A DNA stretch of 64,000 nucleotides. Source: Chloroflexota bacterium. GTDB taxonomy: Bacteria > Chloroflexota > UBA11872 > VXNJ01. Shown piece after piece: positions 40,678 to 51,657 of the stretch. A program made the position numbers and the translations under genes. The notes under the pieces are model-generated. The model did not search any database. It was not told the origin of the DNA and saw only the letters and a list, made by a program, of their open reading frames with translations. The stretch lies in contig OZ253449.1 in the NCBI GenBank assembly GCA_965261345.1, positions 864,001 through 928,000 of the forward strand. Reading direction: 5' to 3'. Each line of letters starts with the position of its first letter. Within the stretch, counting starts at the first letter, position 1.

Positions 40678-41702
40678 AGGTCGACTTTGGCCTCGCTGCC
40701 AGATTCGGCCGAGCGCCAGGCAGCCTCGGTTACTGCAAGGACCCTTAGTGCCGCCTCGGCGTTGGCACGGTTGTGGTCGTTACCCAGCAGGGTATCGATG
40801 AAATTGCGGTCGGGGATGCTGCCGGCCGCAAGTTCCACCGGTCTGACCTCATTCCCAACCGATTCGTAGTCGATTTCAAGCCCATCGGCCAGCGGGGTCT
40901 GGGCGGTCGAACGCATCAAAATCCGGGCATCGGACCCGTAGAACCCGATTTCCTCCCACATGTTCGAGGGAGCGTTACCGATTACCGCCAGGCTGGCCAG
41001 GGCCCCGCCGGCGAACCGAATCGTTAAGGCCGAATTGACGTTCACCTGCTCCCCGAGGTTGGACAGGACGGCGTTCACCGCCACCGGTTTTAGCTGGGAC
41101 GCGTGCAGGACGAAGTCAGTCAAGTGACTGCCCGAGTCCATCAGTTGCCCACCGGCCGAAAAGGTCGGGTCGGTGCGCCAGGACCCCCGCACCCGGGAAA
41201 TCCAACCCTGGCTCTGCCAGGCGGTGATCATTTCTAGATTCCCGAGATTGCCGGCGGCAATTTCGGCGGTCGCAAATTGGTAGTGCGAACGAAGATTGCG
41301 CTGATACGGGATCATCAATTGCAGTCCCGTTTCCTCGCGCCGCGCAATGACCCGACGCGCGGCGGCCACGCTATGGACGAACGGCTTTTCGCACATGACG
41401 TGGCACCCAGCGGCGAATGCATCGAGAATGTGCTGCTCGTGCATCGTATGGGGGGTGGCGATTACCACCGCTTCGGGTGCAATCTCCGCGAGCATCGCCA
41501 GGTAATCGGCAAAGCCGGGAACGCTTTCCAGGTCCGGGGCCAGTTCCCGGGCGGATTTGATCGCCTGATCCTGCGGATCGGCGAATCCGACGATTTCAAC
41601 GTCGCTGTATTGCGCCATGACCGCTATATGGCCGGCGCGCGCCCAGTCGCCACAGCCGATGAATCCAACTCGAACCATCTTTGCCCACCTGTCCGCTTCC
41701 AC
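40674..41702 (-). CDS. Gfo/Idh/MocA oxidoreductase
   Basis: GFIGCG, IATPH, CEKP and GGQLMDSGSH. Confidence 0.92.
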   Translation of the reverse strand: MEADRWAKMVRVGFIGCGDWARAGHIAVMAQYSDVEIVGFADPQDQAIKSARELAPDLESVPGFADYLAMLAEIAPEAVVIATPHTMHEQHILDAFAAGCHVMCEKPFVHSVAAARRVIARREETGLQLMIPYQRNLRSHYQFATAEIAAGNLGNLEMITAWQSQGWISRVRGSWRTDPTFSAGGQLMDSGSHLTDFVLHASQLKPVAVNAVLSNLGEQVNVNSALTIRFAGGALASLAVIGNAPSNMWEEIGFYGSDARILMRSTAQTPLADGLEIDYESVGNEVRPVELAAGSIPDRNFIDTLLGNDHNRANAEAALRVLAVTEAAWRSAESGSEAKVDL

Positions 41703-41776
41703 ACAATCGCGGCAATCTAACCCGCAACCGGGCCTAGCCGCTAATACGTTAATGCAAGATGGGCGGTGATGACAGC

Positions 41777-43237
41777 TTAAATCGCGCCGGCACGGACATC
41801 TATGCTCCGGGCCCGCAACCGCAGGTCGGAGAGCACTTCGCCGCTCACATCAACGAGGGCGCCAACCCCAAGCTGCTCACCGGTGACCGTGGCGGCGGGT
41901 TGACCATCACCGTCAATGAAGATCACCCGGCCATCAATCGTGACGGTTTCGCCGGTATATTCGTCAACGTATCCGGAATATTCGAACGTTGCCAAGGCGA
42001 CCGGCGAGGGGGTGGGAGTGGGAGTGGGAGACGCGGTCGGGGTCGGAGAGGTTGCCGGGGTCGGGGTAGGTGTCGAGGTGGCAGTCGGGGTCGGCGGTCC
42101 GCCCGATTCACCATTACTCGAACCCTGCGTGGACGTAACCCGCAGCAGCCGCGCCGAAACGGTCAGCTCATCGACGGCCTGGCCGATTACGTAGGCCTGG
42201 GCACCAACGATCGGTTCGCCTTCGATGACCAGATCTGGTTGAGTTGCCTGGTCAACGAGTACGGTAACTTCGCCAATTCTTAGAGCGCCGCGCCCGATGG
42301 CGGCTATTGTTCCTTCCAGTTCGACCTCCGGTTCAGCAGTCGGTTCCGGCTCCGGGGTGGGGGTATCCTGCGCCGTCGGGGTTGGGTCAGGGGTCGGAGC
42401 AACCGGCGCGGCGGTGGCGGTGGGAGTCGGGGAAACGGTAGGCGCGGGCGTCGGCTCGGGGGCGGGCACAACCAGCGGATCGGGGGCCGGTTCGGTCGTC
42501 GGTGGGCTTTCCTCTAGGATCGCAGCCAGACTGGGGTTGGCCGGAGCGATGTCGGCGGCGATGGCAGCCAGTTGCTGACCGTGCTGACGCACCCGCACCT
42601 GGTAATTTCTAAACGCATCAAAATAGTCGAATCCGACCGAACCCTGCAGCGAATTGATCGAATCGAGTCCTTCGCGGACCAGCATTCGATAGGAATCTGA
42701 AACCTTAACGATCAGTTCGGGCTCGGCATCCGGCCCGAGAGAAGTCAATTCCGAAATCCGGCGTTCGGCCAATTCAAAATAGCTGGCCGGGCGATTGGCC
42801 TGGGCGGTCAACTGGACGGTGGCGCGTTCGACGGTTAGCTTGTAATCGTAGAGTGGGCTGCCGGGCGGCGCCGCCAGGGCGGCAGCCGAGACGCCCGAGG
42901 CCGCCAGGACCACGAAAACCAGCGAAAGTGCAACGGTAGCCACCCGCGTCTGGGCAAAGGCCACACGAAACCAGGTCAGCAGCCGCCGCAGCGCGGACCG
43001 CTCGCTCCGGCTGCGCCGCAACCGGGTTACCTGCTCTTCAAAGACCCGGCGGCGGCGCATGACCGCGTCCGGCGGCGGATCTGGCGGACGGGCGGCGATC
43101 AGGGCATCGGCAACCAGGAGGTATTCGGAGAGCTCCGCGCCAATTTCCGCGTTCTCGGCCAGCAGCTGCTCGCCGGTTGTGGCTCCGGCGCAATAGGCAT
43201 CGAGCAGAGCGGCAATCTGCGACTCGGCGCGATTCAC
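41777..43237 (-). CDS. Probable anti-sigma factor: TM, DUF5667-like helical domain, PT linkers, two DUF5666-like domains
   Basis: PGSPLYDYKL..E, AERRISEL and two EG.I...IG...V repeats; ATGA overlap with the ECF sigma gene. Confidence 0.75.
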   Translation of the reverse strand: MNRAESQIAALLDAYCAGATTGEQLLAENAEIGAELSEYLLVADALIAARPPDPPPDAVMRRRRVFEEQVTRLRRSRSERSALRRLLTWFRVAFAQTRVATVALSLVFVVLAASGVSAAALAAPPGSPLYDYKLTVERATVQLTAQANRPASYFELAERRISELTSLGPDAEPELIVKVSDSYRMLVREGLDSINSLQGSVGFDYFDAFRNYQVRVRQHGQQLAAIAADIAPANPSLAAILEESPPTTEPAPDPLVVPAPEPTPAPTVSPTPTATAAPVAPTPDPTPTAQDTPTPEPEPTAEPEVELEGTIAAIGRGALRIGEVTVLVDQATQPDLVIEGEPIVGAQAYVIGQAVDELTVSARLLRVTSTQGSSNGESGGPPTPTATSTPTPTPATSPTPTASPTPTPTPSPVALATFEYSGYVDEYTGETVTIDGRVIFIDGDGQPAATVTGEQLGVGALVDVSGEVLSDLRLRARSIDVRAGAI

Positions 43238-43791
43238 TGGTCGAGCTCTTCCACGCGACGGCGCAGGCTGGCGATTGCCCGAAACTGAAGTGCGCGAACC
43301 GCGTTTTCCTGCTTACCGATCATTGCGGCAATCTCGCGATGGGACAAATCCTGCGAGAAACGCAGCGCAATTACCTCGGCCTGCTCGGGGGTTAGCACCT
43401 CAAGTGCCCGCCGCAGGATGTCAGAGGTCGCCACGCGATCGAAATCGTCGTTCTCATACACCAGGTGCCGGGCCTGCGACTCGATGTCATAGGTCAGGTC
43501 CTGGCTGCGCCGAAAGTGGTCGGCGATGGCGTTACGCGCGATCCGAAAAATCCAAGCCCGAAAACCGGCCACCGATTGGTGTCGGTATTTATCGATTGCG
43601 CGCAACGCCTGCATGAATACCTGGCTGGCCAAATCTTCGGCAATATGCCGATTGCCGCCAATCCGGTATTCAATAAACCGGTGTATTTGAGGAAAAAATT
43701 CGTCATAAACATGACCGAACGCATCACGATCTAGCTCGACCGCACGGCGGATCAACTGATCGAGTTCGTCCGGCGTCCTAGCCGAGCTGAT
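43234..43791 (-). CDS. ECF RNA polymerase sigma-70 factor
   Basis: AEDLASQVF, WIFRIARNAIADHFR and LTPEQAEVIALRF...LQFRAI. GGAGG precedes ATC 43791; TTG 43755 is the alternative start. Confidence 0.92.
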   Translation of the reverse strand: MSSARTPDELDQLIRRAVELDRDAFGHVYDEFFPQIHRFIEYRIGGNRHIAEDLASQVFMQALRAIDKYRHQSVAGFRAWIFRIARNAIADHFRRSQDLTYDIESQARHLVYENDDFDRVATSDILRRALEVLTPEQAEVIALRFSQDLSHREIAAMIGKQENAVRALQFRAIASLRRRVEELDQ

Positions 43792-43845
43792 TGGCCCAGC
43801 CCTCCGTCGTACTCGGTATGCAAAACGCCGTGAAAACCGGCATTG

Positions 43846-44952
43846 TTACCATCCGGCCCGGTTTTCCCGAGAATCGCCAATCAAATGCAGGCTCGCGCGC
43901 CGTAACGACGCACGCCACCGGGAACCGACCCGCACACCCATGACCGCGTGGGCGTGCGCGGGCAATTCGATCTCTAGCCGCAGCGGCGAGGGATCTCCAT
44001 CAATTTCCATTTGCAAAGTGTGCAATGAACCGCGTAGCTGGTCACTTATGATTCGCCCCGAAATCAAATTTTCCGGGTTGCGGCTGGGACGGTCACGACG
44101 CAATAGGATGACCGCCTGCGGGCGCACGCATACGCAGACCGGATCCCCGATAGCGAACGGGTAATGATCAGTCTGTAATTCCCATCCGCCGAGCCGCACC
44201 GTCAATCCGCGGGCCGAGGCCGCCACGACCTTAGCGGCGAGCACATTGGCGGTACCGGTCAACAGTGCGGTGCGGCGGGTGACGGGCCGGGCATAGATGT
44301 CATTGGAGGAACCGATCTGCAATATCTCGCCGGCATCGTAGACCGCCATCTGCCCACCCAACATGAACGCCTCGCCCAAATCATGAGTCACGTAGACCAT
44401 GGTCAGCGCGAGCTCCTCGTGCAGCGAAATAAGTTGCTGCAGGATGCGAGAGCGCACCGGCTGGTCAAGCGCGGCAAACGGTTCGTCAAGCAGCAGCAAC
44501 TGGGCGCGCCGCGCGAGCGCCCGGGCAAGCGCCGTGCGCTGTCGTTGGCCACCGGAAAGCGCGCTTGGTCGTCGGTCGGCCAAATCTCCCAGGTCGAGTA
44601 ATTCAAGCATGTTCGAAACCTGCCGCCGGCGCTCCCCGGCAGGTGCGTCCTTTAGGGCGAAACCGATGTTCTGGGCAACCGTCATGTGGGGGAAAAGCGC
44701 GCCGTCCTGGACCAGATATCCGATCTCCCTCCGGTGGGCCGGCACCAGCAGACCGCTGGCGGCATCAAACAACGTCTTGCCGTTGAGCACGATGCTCCCG
44801 TGGTCGGGCTGGCGCAGTCCGGCGATCGCTTCCAGCGTAGTGCTCTTTCCAGAGCCCGAATAACCAAATAGCACCAATGGTTGGGAAGCCACCGAAAACG
44901 CCGCCGCCAGCTGAAAATCCCCGAGCCGCAACCCGATATCCACCGAAAGCAC
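43846..44952 (-). CDS. modC: Molybdate ABC ATP-binding protein
   Basis: GYSGSGKST, LSGGQRQR and C-terminal TOBE domain; operon context. Confidence 0.85.
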   Translation of the reverse strand: MLSVDIGLRLGDFQLAAAFSVASQPLVLFGYSGSGKSTTLEAIAGLRQPDHGSIVLNGKTLFDAASGLLVPAHRREIGYLVQDGALFPHMTVAQNIGFALKDAPAGERRRQVSNMLELLDLGDLADRRPSALSGGQRQRTALARALARRAQLLLLDEPFAALDQPVRSRILQQLISLHEELALTMVYVTHDLGEAFMLGGQMAVYDAGEILQIGSSNDIYARPVTRRTALLTGTANVLAAKVVAASARGLTVRLGGWELQTDHYPFAIGDPVCVCVRPQAVILLRRDRPSRNPENLISGRIISDQLRGSLHTLQMEIDGDPSPLRLEIELPAHAHAVMGVRVGSRWRASLRRASLHLIGDSRENRAGW

Positions 44953-44954
44953 CC

Positions 44955-45743
44955 TCAGCCACTCCGGCTTGCCAGCAGGCGCAAGGCGGTCAGCAGCAGC
45001 ACCGCTACGGCCAAAAGCAGGAGCGACAGGGTCAGGGCCGCGTCCAGATCAGTTTCGAGCAGATTGGCGATCGCCAACGGCAGGGTTTGACTGACCCCGG
45101 GGATATTTCCGGCAAACATCAGGGTTGCCCCGAATTCACCCAGCGACCGCGCCCAGGCCAGGATTGCCCCGGCCAGCAGCCCCGGCAAGGCAAGCGGGAT
45201 CGTAATCTGTCGGAAAACTCTCAATGGGCTGGCCCCCAGCGTCTGGGCAACCCGCTCAAGCCGGCTATCTACCCCATCGAACCCGGCTCTGGCAGCACGA
45301 ACGAACAGGGGCGCCGACACCAGGGTCTGCGCTAATACCACCGCCGCGGTCGAAAATCCCAACCCAAAAGGGGTAAATTGGCCCACCAGTCCCAGGCGTC
45401 CAAAGGCAGCTAACAGGGCCACCCCGGCCACCACCGGTGGAAGCAGAAGCGGCGCATCGACGACCGCTTCGATAAGCGCGATGCCGCGCCAACGGCGCCG
45501 CGAAAGAATCCAGGCCAAGGGCGTGCCCAGGATCACAATGACCGCCAGTGAAACCGTCGAGGTCGCCAGCGAAAGCAGCAAGGCGCCGCGGACCGGCAGC
45601 GACCAGACGTCCAGTTGTCCCAACCCGGCGCTGCCGCGGACAACCAGTCCCAGAAGCGGGAGGAGGAGGAACGCGGTCAACATCAGTGCCGGGGCCAGAA
45701 CCAGTACCGAACCGATGTTTCTACCAGGTTTGGGCAAGGCCAA
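44955..45743 (-). CDS. modB: Molybdate ABC permease
   Basis: PLLLPPVVAG, ARSLGEFGAT and TLPLAI. Confidence 0.88.
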   Translation of the reverse strand: MALPKPGRNIGSVLVLAPALMLTAFLLLPLLGLVVRGSAGLGQLDVWSLPVRGALLLSLATSTVSLAVIVILGTPLAWILSRRRWRGIALIEAVVDAPLLLPPVVAGVALLAAFGRLGLVGQFTPFGLGFSTAAVVLAQTLVSAPLFVRAARAGFDGVDSRLERVAQTLGASPLRVFRQITIPLALPGLLAGAILAWARSLGEFGATLMFAGNIPGVSQTLPLAIANLLETDLDAALTLSLLLLAVAVLLLTALRLLASRSG

Positions 45744-46518
45744 ATCCGGTCAGCACCGATCGGGCCTCCGGGCCGGTCAGGAATTGCAGGTACGGATTGG
45801 CAGCCGGGTTGGGAGATAACGCGGCGGCCCAGTAGCGCACCGATCGCGCGTGCGGCCCGGTCCCTTCCAAGGCGACCAATTGGGGGTTGACGATCAGGTT
45901 GCTAGAGTAAACGAATCCGCCATCGGCCTCGCCCAAGAGAAGCCGCGATTGCACCGCCCGGGCGCTCAGATCGAGCGAGATGGCGTTGGCGTTGATCAAT
46001 GTCTGCAGATTCGGGGGCGATCGGCGGTCGCCCGCCATTGCCGCAAGGGTCGCCCGGGTGGCCTGACCCAGCGGCACCGCCGGTCCGGCCAGGGCCGTGC
46101 GCACGCCGTTCCGGGCCAGGTCAAAGGCGTTTTTGAGTCCGGCCGGATTGCCGGCCGCGGCGGCCGCCACGACCTTGTTGGCGGCAATGATCTGATATTG
46201 CCGTCCGCTGGCCAATGATTCGTTTCCAGGCGGCTCGAGGTTAGCGCTGATAAAAATGTCGGGCCGCGCGCCGAGCTTGACCTGGGCCGCCAGGATCTGC
46301 GATCCGGAATAGCTGGCAACGGCTCGCAACCCCGATCGATCGGCCATCCGGCGATGGATTTCATCTAACCCTGGCTGCAGCGAGGACGCCGCAAAAACCG
46401 TCAATTGGCCCTGGTCGATCGCGCACGCACCCAGCAACCCGGCGGCGGCGATTCCAATCAGCAGGCGCCGTCGACCCGCTACCAGCGCGTCCCGGGAGCA
46501 GCTGCCGCCGCGGGTTAT
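45721..46518 (-). CDS. modA: Molybdate-binding lipoprotein
   Basis: Lipobox LGAC, VFAASSL, SGSQ.LA.Q, DIFISAN and VPLG. Start is uncertain (ATA 46518 overlaps the metK stop). Confidence 0.85.
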   Translation of the reverse strand: MTRGGSCSRDALVAGRRRLLIGIAAAGLLGACAIDQGQLTVFAASSLQPGLDEIHRRMADRSGLRAVASYSGSQILAAQVKLGARPDIFISANLEPPGNESLASGRQYQIIAANKVVAAAAAGNPAGLKNAFDLARNGVRTALAGPAVPLGQATRATLAAMAGDRRSPPNLQTLINANAISLDLSARAVQSRLLLGEADGGFVYSSNLIVNPQLVALEGTGPHARSVRYWAAALSPNPAANPYLQFLTGPEARSVLTGFGLAQTW

Positions 46519-47714
46519 TTCAGTCTCGCGCTCGCCTGCAGGGCGGCGGTCAGATCGGTCTTTTCCCACGGGAGATCTAGGTCGTTTCGTCCAAAGTGCC
46601 CGTACGCGGCAACCGGGCGGTAGATCGGGCGGCGCAGATTCAGGCCGTCAATGATCTTGCGCGGGCGCAGATCGAAGTGCTCGCGCACCAGTTCGCCCAG
46701 GCAATTGGGATCGACTCCATTGGCGCTGCCAAAGGTCTCCACGTTGACCGAAACCGGATCGGCAACCCCAATGCAGTAGGCAAGCTGAACCTCGGCGCGT
46801 TCGGCCAATCCGGCGGCCACCAGATTTTTGGCAATGTAACGGGACATATAGGCGCCGGAGCGATCGACCTTGCTGGGATCTTTGCCAGAAAAGGCGCCGC
46901 CGCCATGGCGGGCCATTCCGCCGTAGGTGTCGACGATGATCTTGCGACCGGTCAACCCGGCATCAGCGCCAGGGCCGCCAATTACGAAACGGCCGGTCCC
47001 ATTGATCCGGATCTTCGATCGATCGTCGAGCAATCGATCGCCGATTACGGGCCGGATGACTTCTTCGGTGATCTGCTCACACAACCGCGAATCGGATACC
47101 GCATCATCGTGCTGGGCCGCAATCACCACGTTGGCCACCCTCACCGGCCGGCCGCGGTTGTATTCAACGGTTACCTGACTCTTGCCGTCGGGGCGCAGAA
47201 AATCCAGTTGTTTGGATTTGCGAACCTCGGCCAATTTTCGGGTAAGACGATGCGCCAGGGCGATCGGCAGCGGCATGAGTTCGGGTGTTTCGCTGCAGGC
47301 GAACCCGAACATCATCCCCTGGTCGCCGGCCCCCTGGTCATCATCAAGTTCGCGGTTGACTCCGGCGGCAATATCGCTCGATTGCCGGTTGAGCCGGGTA
47401 ATGAAGCGGGCCGATTGCAAATCGAACCCCAGCTGCGGGTCGGTGTAGCCAACGTCGGCAATGACCGACCGCGCGGTAGCACGGGCCAGTTCGTTTAACG
47501 CCTCACCTTCAAGGTCGCAGGTTATTTCTCCAAGCAGGGCTATGACGTCGTTGGAGGCGGCGGTTTCGCAGGCCACCCGGGCATTGCGATCGCGGTCCAG
47601 CAACGCATCGACGATGGCGTCGGAGATTTGGTCGCACAGCTTGTCGGGGTGTCCCTCGGTTACCGATTCGGAGGTGAAAAGCATCCGCTCGGCGGCCAGT
47701 AGATCAACGCTCAT
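46515..47714 (-). CDS. metK: S-adenosylmethionine synthetase
   Basis: [19 protein letters not shown] and GGGAFSGKD. Confidence 0.97.
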   Translation of the reverse strand: MSVDLLAAERMLFTSESVTEGHPDKLCDQISDAIVDALLDRDRNARVACETAASNDVIALLGEITCDLEGEALNELARATARSVIADVGYTDPQLGFDLQSARFITRLNRQSSDIAAGVNRELDDDQGAGDQGMMFGFACSETPELMPLPIALAHRLTRKLAEVRKSKQLDFLRPDGKSQVTVEYNRGRPVRVANVVIAAQHDDAVSDSRLCEQITEEVIRPVIGDRLLDDRSKIRINGTGRFVIGGPGADAGLTGRKIIVDTYGGMARHGGGAFSGKDPSKVDRSGAYMSRYIAKNLVAAGLAERAEVQLAYCIGVADPVSVNVETFGSANGVDPNCLGELVREHFDLRPRKIIDGLNLRRPIYRPVAAYGHFGRNDLDLPWEKTDLTAALQASARLK

Positions 47715-47730
47715 CTGCTTGTTATCGCTC

Positions 47731-49011
47731 TCATGTCCCCTCTTCCCAAGAACTTGCATAGCGGGTTTGTTCGGACGTCATCGAATCAATTTCTATGCCC
47801 ATGCTTGCCAATTTGAGCCGGGCGATGGATGAATCGATGTCGGCCGGCACTTCATAGACCCGTGGTTCCAGCTGGCCGGACCGTTCCCACATGAACTGCG
47901 CGCTGAGTGCCTGGTTGGCAAAACTCATGTCCATGACCCCTGGCGGGTGGCCCTCGGCGGCGGCCAGGTTTACCAATCGGCCACCGGCCAACAGCCGAAT
48001 CCGGTTGCCATCGGCCATCCGGTATTCGTCTAGCAGCGGCCGCAGGGTCCTTACCGACGTGGCCATTTCGGTTAGCACCGGGATGTTGATCTCAGCGTCA
48101 AAATGGCCGGCATTGGCCAGGATTGCTCCGTCCTTCATGCGCGCAAAGTCCGGCCCGTCGATGACGTTCTTGTTGGAGGTTACGGTCACGAAGAAGTCGC
48201 CCTCGGCGGCAGCCCTGGCCATCGACATGACCTGGTAGCCATCCATTACCGCCTCGAGCGCGCGAGTCGGGTTTACCTCGGTAATGATCACGCTGGCGCC
48301 CATCCCGGCGGCCCGCGCGGCCAGTCCCCTTCCACACCAACCGTAGCCGCAGATTACGAACCGTGAACCGGCGAGGAGCTTGTTGGTGGCCCTCAGAATC
48401 CCGTCGATGGTGGATTGGCCGGTGCCATAGCGGTTGTCAAAAAGATGTTTGGTATCCGCCTCGTTGACCGCCATGATCGGGTAAGCCAACTGGCCGCCGG
48501 CCTCCATTGCCCGCAGGCGCACAACGCCGGTGGTTGTTTCCTCGGTTCCGCCGGCGATGGTGGGAATGAGGTCGCGCCGATTCTTGTGAATCTCTGAAAC
48601 CAGATCGGCCCCATCGTCCATCGTCAGCTGAGGCGAGTAGTCCAAAACGGCGTTGATGTGGCGGTAATAGGTAGCGTTGTCCTCGCCGCGCCGGGCGTAG
48701 ACCGGAATGTGATAGTGCTTGACTAGGGCAGCGGCGGTGGCGTCCTGGGTTGAGAGCGGGTTGGAAGCGCAAAGCGCCACCTTGGCCCCGCCAGCCTTGA
48801 GCGTACGGGCAAGGTTGGCGGTCTCGGTGGTTACGTGCAGGCAGGCAGCCAAGCTAAGACCGGCCAAAGGTTTGGTGGCCGAAAAATCATCTCTAATCTG
48901 GGCCAATACCGGCATTGACGCGTCGGCCCATTCAATTAGATCGCGGCCGGCGTCGGCAAGGGAGACATCGGTTACATCGCAATCTACCGGTGCGGTTTGG
49001 GCGTGTGCCAT
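47731..49011 (-). CDS. ahcY: Adenosylhomocysteinase
   Basis: [29 protein letters not shown] and GHFD. Confidence 0.97.
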   Translation of the reverse strand: MAHAQTAPVDCDVTDVSLADAGRDLIEWADASMPVLAQIRDDFSATKPLAGLSLAACLHVTTETANLARTLKAGGAKVALCASNPLSTQDATAAALVKHYHIPVYARRGEDNATYYRHINAVLDYSPQLTMDDGADLVSEIHKNRRDLIPTIAGGTEETTTGVVRLRAMEAGGQLAYPIMAVNEADTKHLFDNRYGTGQSTIDGILRATNKLLAGSRFVICGYGWCGRGLAARAAGMGASVIITEVNPTRALEAVMDGYQVMSMARAAAEGDFFVTVTSNKNVIDGPDFARMKDGAILANAGHFDAEINIPVLTEMATSVRTLRPLLDEYRMADGNRIRLLAGGRLVNLAAAEGHPPGVMDMSFANQALSAQFMWERSGQLEPRVYEVPADIDSSIARLKLASMGIEIDSMTSEQTRYASSWEEGT

Positions 49012-49032
49012 GGAATTCCTTTTCAGAAACAG

Positions 49033-49905
49033 TTAGCCGCTGGTGGTGGTGGCGCGATCAATCAGGAGACCGTATTTGCGACGCAGCGCGTCATCTAACA
49101 GGTTTGGATCGGATTGAATCGCCCCGGTAAGGGCACTGACCGCGGGACTTGTTTGATTGCCGGCCGGAAGCATGCTAGCAAGATTGACAACCGCCTGCCG
49201 GGCGATTTCCAGATTTGCGGCCATGTTGGCCACGACCATCGCGGCCGAAACCGGCTCGCCTTTCCAAACATCGTAGTCGGTAGAGAGAGCCAGCAGCGCA
49301 TAGGGCAGCTCGGCCTCGCGCGCAAGTTTTGCTTCGGGAACCGCGGTCATGCCAATGATTGAGCCCCCCCAACTGCGGAAGATTGCCGATTCGGCCATCG
49401 TTGAAAACTGCGGCCCCTCGATGCAGACGTAGGCACCGCCGCGGTGAACGGTTGCCCCGGCGGTCGCGGCGGCATCGGCGGCCAACCGCGAAAGGATTGG
49501 GCAGAACGGCTCGGCCATGCCGGCATGTACCACCAATCCGGAATCCTCATAAAAGGTCAGCGACCGTGACCGGGTGCGATCGACCAGCTGATCGGGGACG
49601 ACGATATGGCGCGGTTCGATCGATTCCTTCAGGCTGCCGACGGCCGAAACGGCCAGCAGCCACTTGACTCCCAGCTTCTTGAAGCCCCAGATATTGGCCT
49701 TGGAGTTGAGGTTTGTCGGATTTATCCGATGGCCGCGCCCGTGGCGCGGCAGAAACGCAACCGGGACTCCGTCGAGCTCGCCGACCATATAGGAGTCGCT
49801 CGGCGACCCGAACGGCGTCTCAATCGCCACCTCGCGAAGGTTCGAAACGTTGTCAAAGTCGTAGAAACCGCTGCCGCCAACTACGCCAAAAAAAGCCTCG
49901 CACAT
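49033..49905 (-). CDS. mtnP: S-methyl-5'-thioadenosine phosphorylase
   Basis: GGSGFY, PRHGRGH, EGPQFST, GMT and TDYD. Confidence 0.93.
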   Translation of the reverse strand: MCEAFFGVVGGSGFYDFDNVSNLREVAIETPFGSPSDSYMVGELDGVPVAFLPRHGRGHRINPTNLNSKANIWGFKKLGVKWLLAVSAVGSLKESIEPRHIVVPDQLVDRTRSRSLTFYEDSGLVVHAGMAEPFCPILSRLAADAAATAGATVHRGGAYVCIEGPQFSTMAESAIFRSWGGSIIGMTAVPEAKLAREAELPYALLALSTDYDVWKGEPVSAAMVVANMAANLEIARQAVVNLASMLPAGNQTSPAVSALTGAIQSDPNLLDDALRRKYGLLIDRATTTSG

Positions 49906-50024
49906 GCCAATGGTTCCGGGGTTAGCAACAGAAATTGGGCCGCGGGCAGATTGCGTCGCGCGGGAGCGCGAGGCGGCCATACCGTTACATTATCGCCGGT
50001 GATTCGGCCCCGTTTTTAGCCGAT

Positions 50025-51353
50025 TCAACCAAGGCCCGGAATGTTGGGAATGCGACCCTTGGCCATTTGCCGAAACATTTTGCGCATCGTCGAATACTGG
50101 TTTAGCAGTTGGTTCACATCGCGCGGTAGGGTCCCCGATCCGGCGGCAATCCGGCGGCGGCGCGAGCCGTCAATGATCGACGGGTTGGTGCGTTCGCTCG
50201 CAGTCATGCTCAAGATGATCGCCTTAGCGCGACCAAGCTGGTTGTCTTCCAGAGCGTTTTTCATATCGCCGCGGGCGGCCAACCGCCCCAGGCCGGGGAT
50301 CATCCCCATTACCTGCGAGAGCGATCCCATCTTTTCGATCTGGTCGATCTGTTCGAGGAAATCTGCCAGGTCGAAGCTCGCGGTCCGGATCTTTTTTTCC
50401 AGCCGCGCAGCCGATTCTTCATCAACCTGGGCCTGGGCCTTTTCCACCAGCGTTACGACGTCGCCCATGCCCAATATTCGCGAGGCCAGGCGGTCGGGAT
50501 GAAATCGTTCAAGCGGTTCGATCTTTTCGCCGGAGCCGATGTATTTGATCGGAACCCCGGTAGCGGCGCGGATCGACAGCAGGGCCCCTCCCCGAGCATC
50601 GCCGTCCAGTTTGGTCAGGACCAGCCCGGTGAGTTTTAGGCGCCGGTCGAATTCGGATGCCACGTTGACGGCCTCCTGCCCGGTCATGGCGTCGACCACC
50701 AAAAGAACATCGGTGGGCTTGGTCAGCTTTGCGACCCGTTCGACCTCGTCCATTAGTTCGGTGTCGATCTGGATACGTCCGGCAGTATCGATGATTACAT
50801 CGGAGCAGCCGAGCCGGGATGCTTTTTGCAACCCATTGCGGGCCACGTGCTCGGGCTTTGAGGACACCGTCTCGGCATGGGTGGGAACCCCGATCTGATC
50901 GGCTAGCGTCTTGAGCTGATCGATGGCCGCCGGGCGCTTCAGATCGCAGGCCACGAGTAGCGGCTGGCGGCCACCCTCCTTGATCGCAAGCGCCAGCTTT
51001 GCAGCGCTGGTGGTCTTGCCCGATCCCTGCAACCCGGCGACTAGGATCCGGCGGGTTCCCGCATCGGCGGGAGCCAGTTCGGCAGCGGCCGAACCCAGCA
51101 GCGTAGTTAGCTCGTCGTGGACGATTTTGATGATCTGCTGGCGCGGCGAAACGCTGGCGAGCACCTCACTGCCGACCGCACGCTCGCCGATCGCAGCAAC
51201 AAAGTCGCGCGCCACCGTCAACTGCACATCAGCTTCCAGCAAGGCTACCCGGACCGCGCGCATCGCCGCCTTGATATCGGACTCGCGGATTCGCCCGCGA
51301 CCCGAGACTTTTCGGATCACGGCGTCCAGTCGCTCGGAGAGACGCTCCAACAC
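50025..51353 (-). CDS. ffh: Signal recognition particle protein
   Basis: GLQGSGKTT, DTAGR, TKLDGDARGG and M-domain SRRRRIAAGSG. Confidence 0.97.
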   Translation of the reverse strand: MLERLSERLDAVIRKVSGRGRIRESDIKAAMRAVRVALLEADVQLTVARDFVAAIGERAVGSEVLASVSPRQQIIKIVHDELTTLLGSAAAELAPADAGTRRILVAGLQGSGKTTSAAKLALAIKEGGRQPLLVACDLKRPAAIDQLKTLADQIGVPTHAETVSSKPEHVARNGLQKASRLGCSDVIIDTAGRIQIDTELMDEVERVAKLTKPTDVLLVVDAMTGQEAVNVASEFDRRLKLTGLVLTKLDGDARGGALLSIRAATGVPIKYIGSGEKIEPLERFHPDRLASRILGMGDVVTLVEKAQAQVDEESAARLEKKIRTASFDLADFLEQIDQIEKMGSLSQVMGMIPGLGRLAARGDMKNALEDNQLGRAKAIILSMTASERTNPSIIDGSRRRRIAAGSGTLPRDVNQLLNQYSTMRKMFRQMAKGRIPNIPGLG

Positions 51354-51463
51354 CGACTTATTCCTTCAAGCTAGCTGGCGCCGAGCCCCGGTTCAGCAGC
51401 ACCAGCCCCAGTCTAGGAAAGCCCGGTCGCCGGCCGGGTCCGGCGGGGCTAAAATCCCAATTC

Positions 51464-51540
51464 GGCGCATTCGTCTAGTGGCCCAGGACATCGCCCTCTC
51501 AAGGCGAAGATCGCGGGTTCGAATCCCGCATGCGCTACCA
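51464..51540 (+). tRNA. tRNA-Glu (CTC)
   Basis: Anticodon arm TCGCC-CTCTCAA-GGCGA and CCA end. Confidence 0.95.
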
Positions 51541-51657
51541 GCCGCCCCGCCCCCGGAGTCGCGACTCGGCGGGCGGATGGGCGGAACGCCCCGATCGCGC
51601 GACATTCTTAATCGACCGATTAGATACGCACAACAAGCCGGCAGGAGAACTACGAGA

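Noticed and set aside
46596-47498. Long antisense or alternate-frame ORFs (e.g. 46596.., 55405.., 62527.., 17..253)
   Set aside because: These are shadow ORFs of GC-rich genuine genes with no motifs.
49906-50024. SAM/SAH riboswitch upstream of mtnP-ahcY-metK
   Set aside because: No recognisable SAM-I or SAH consensus; the region is short and promoter-like.
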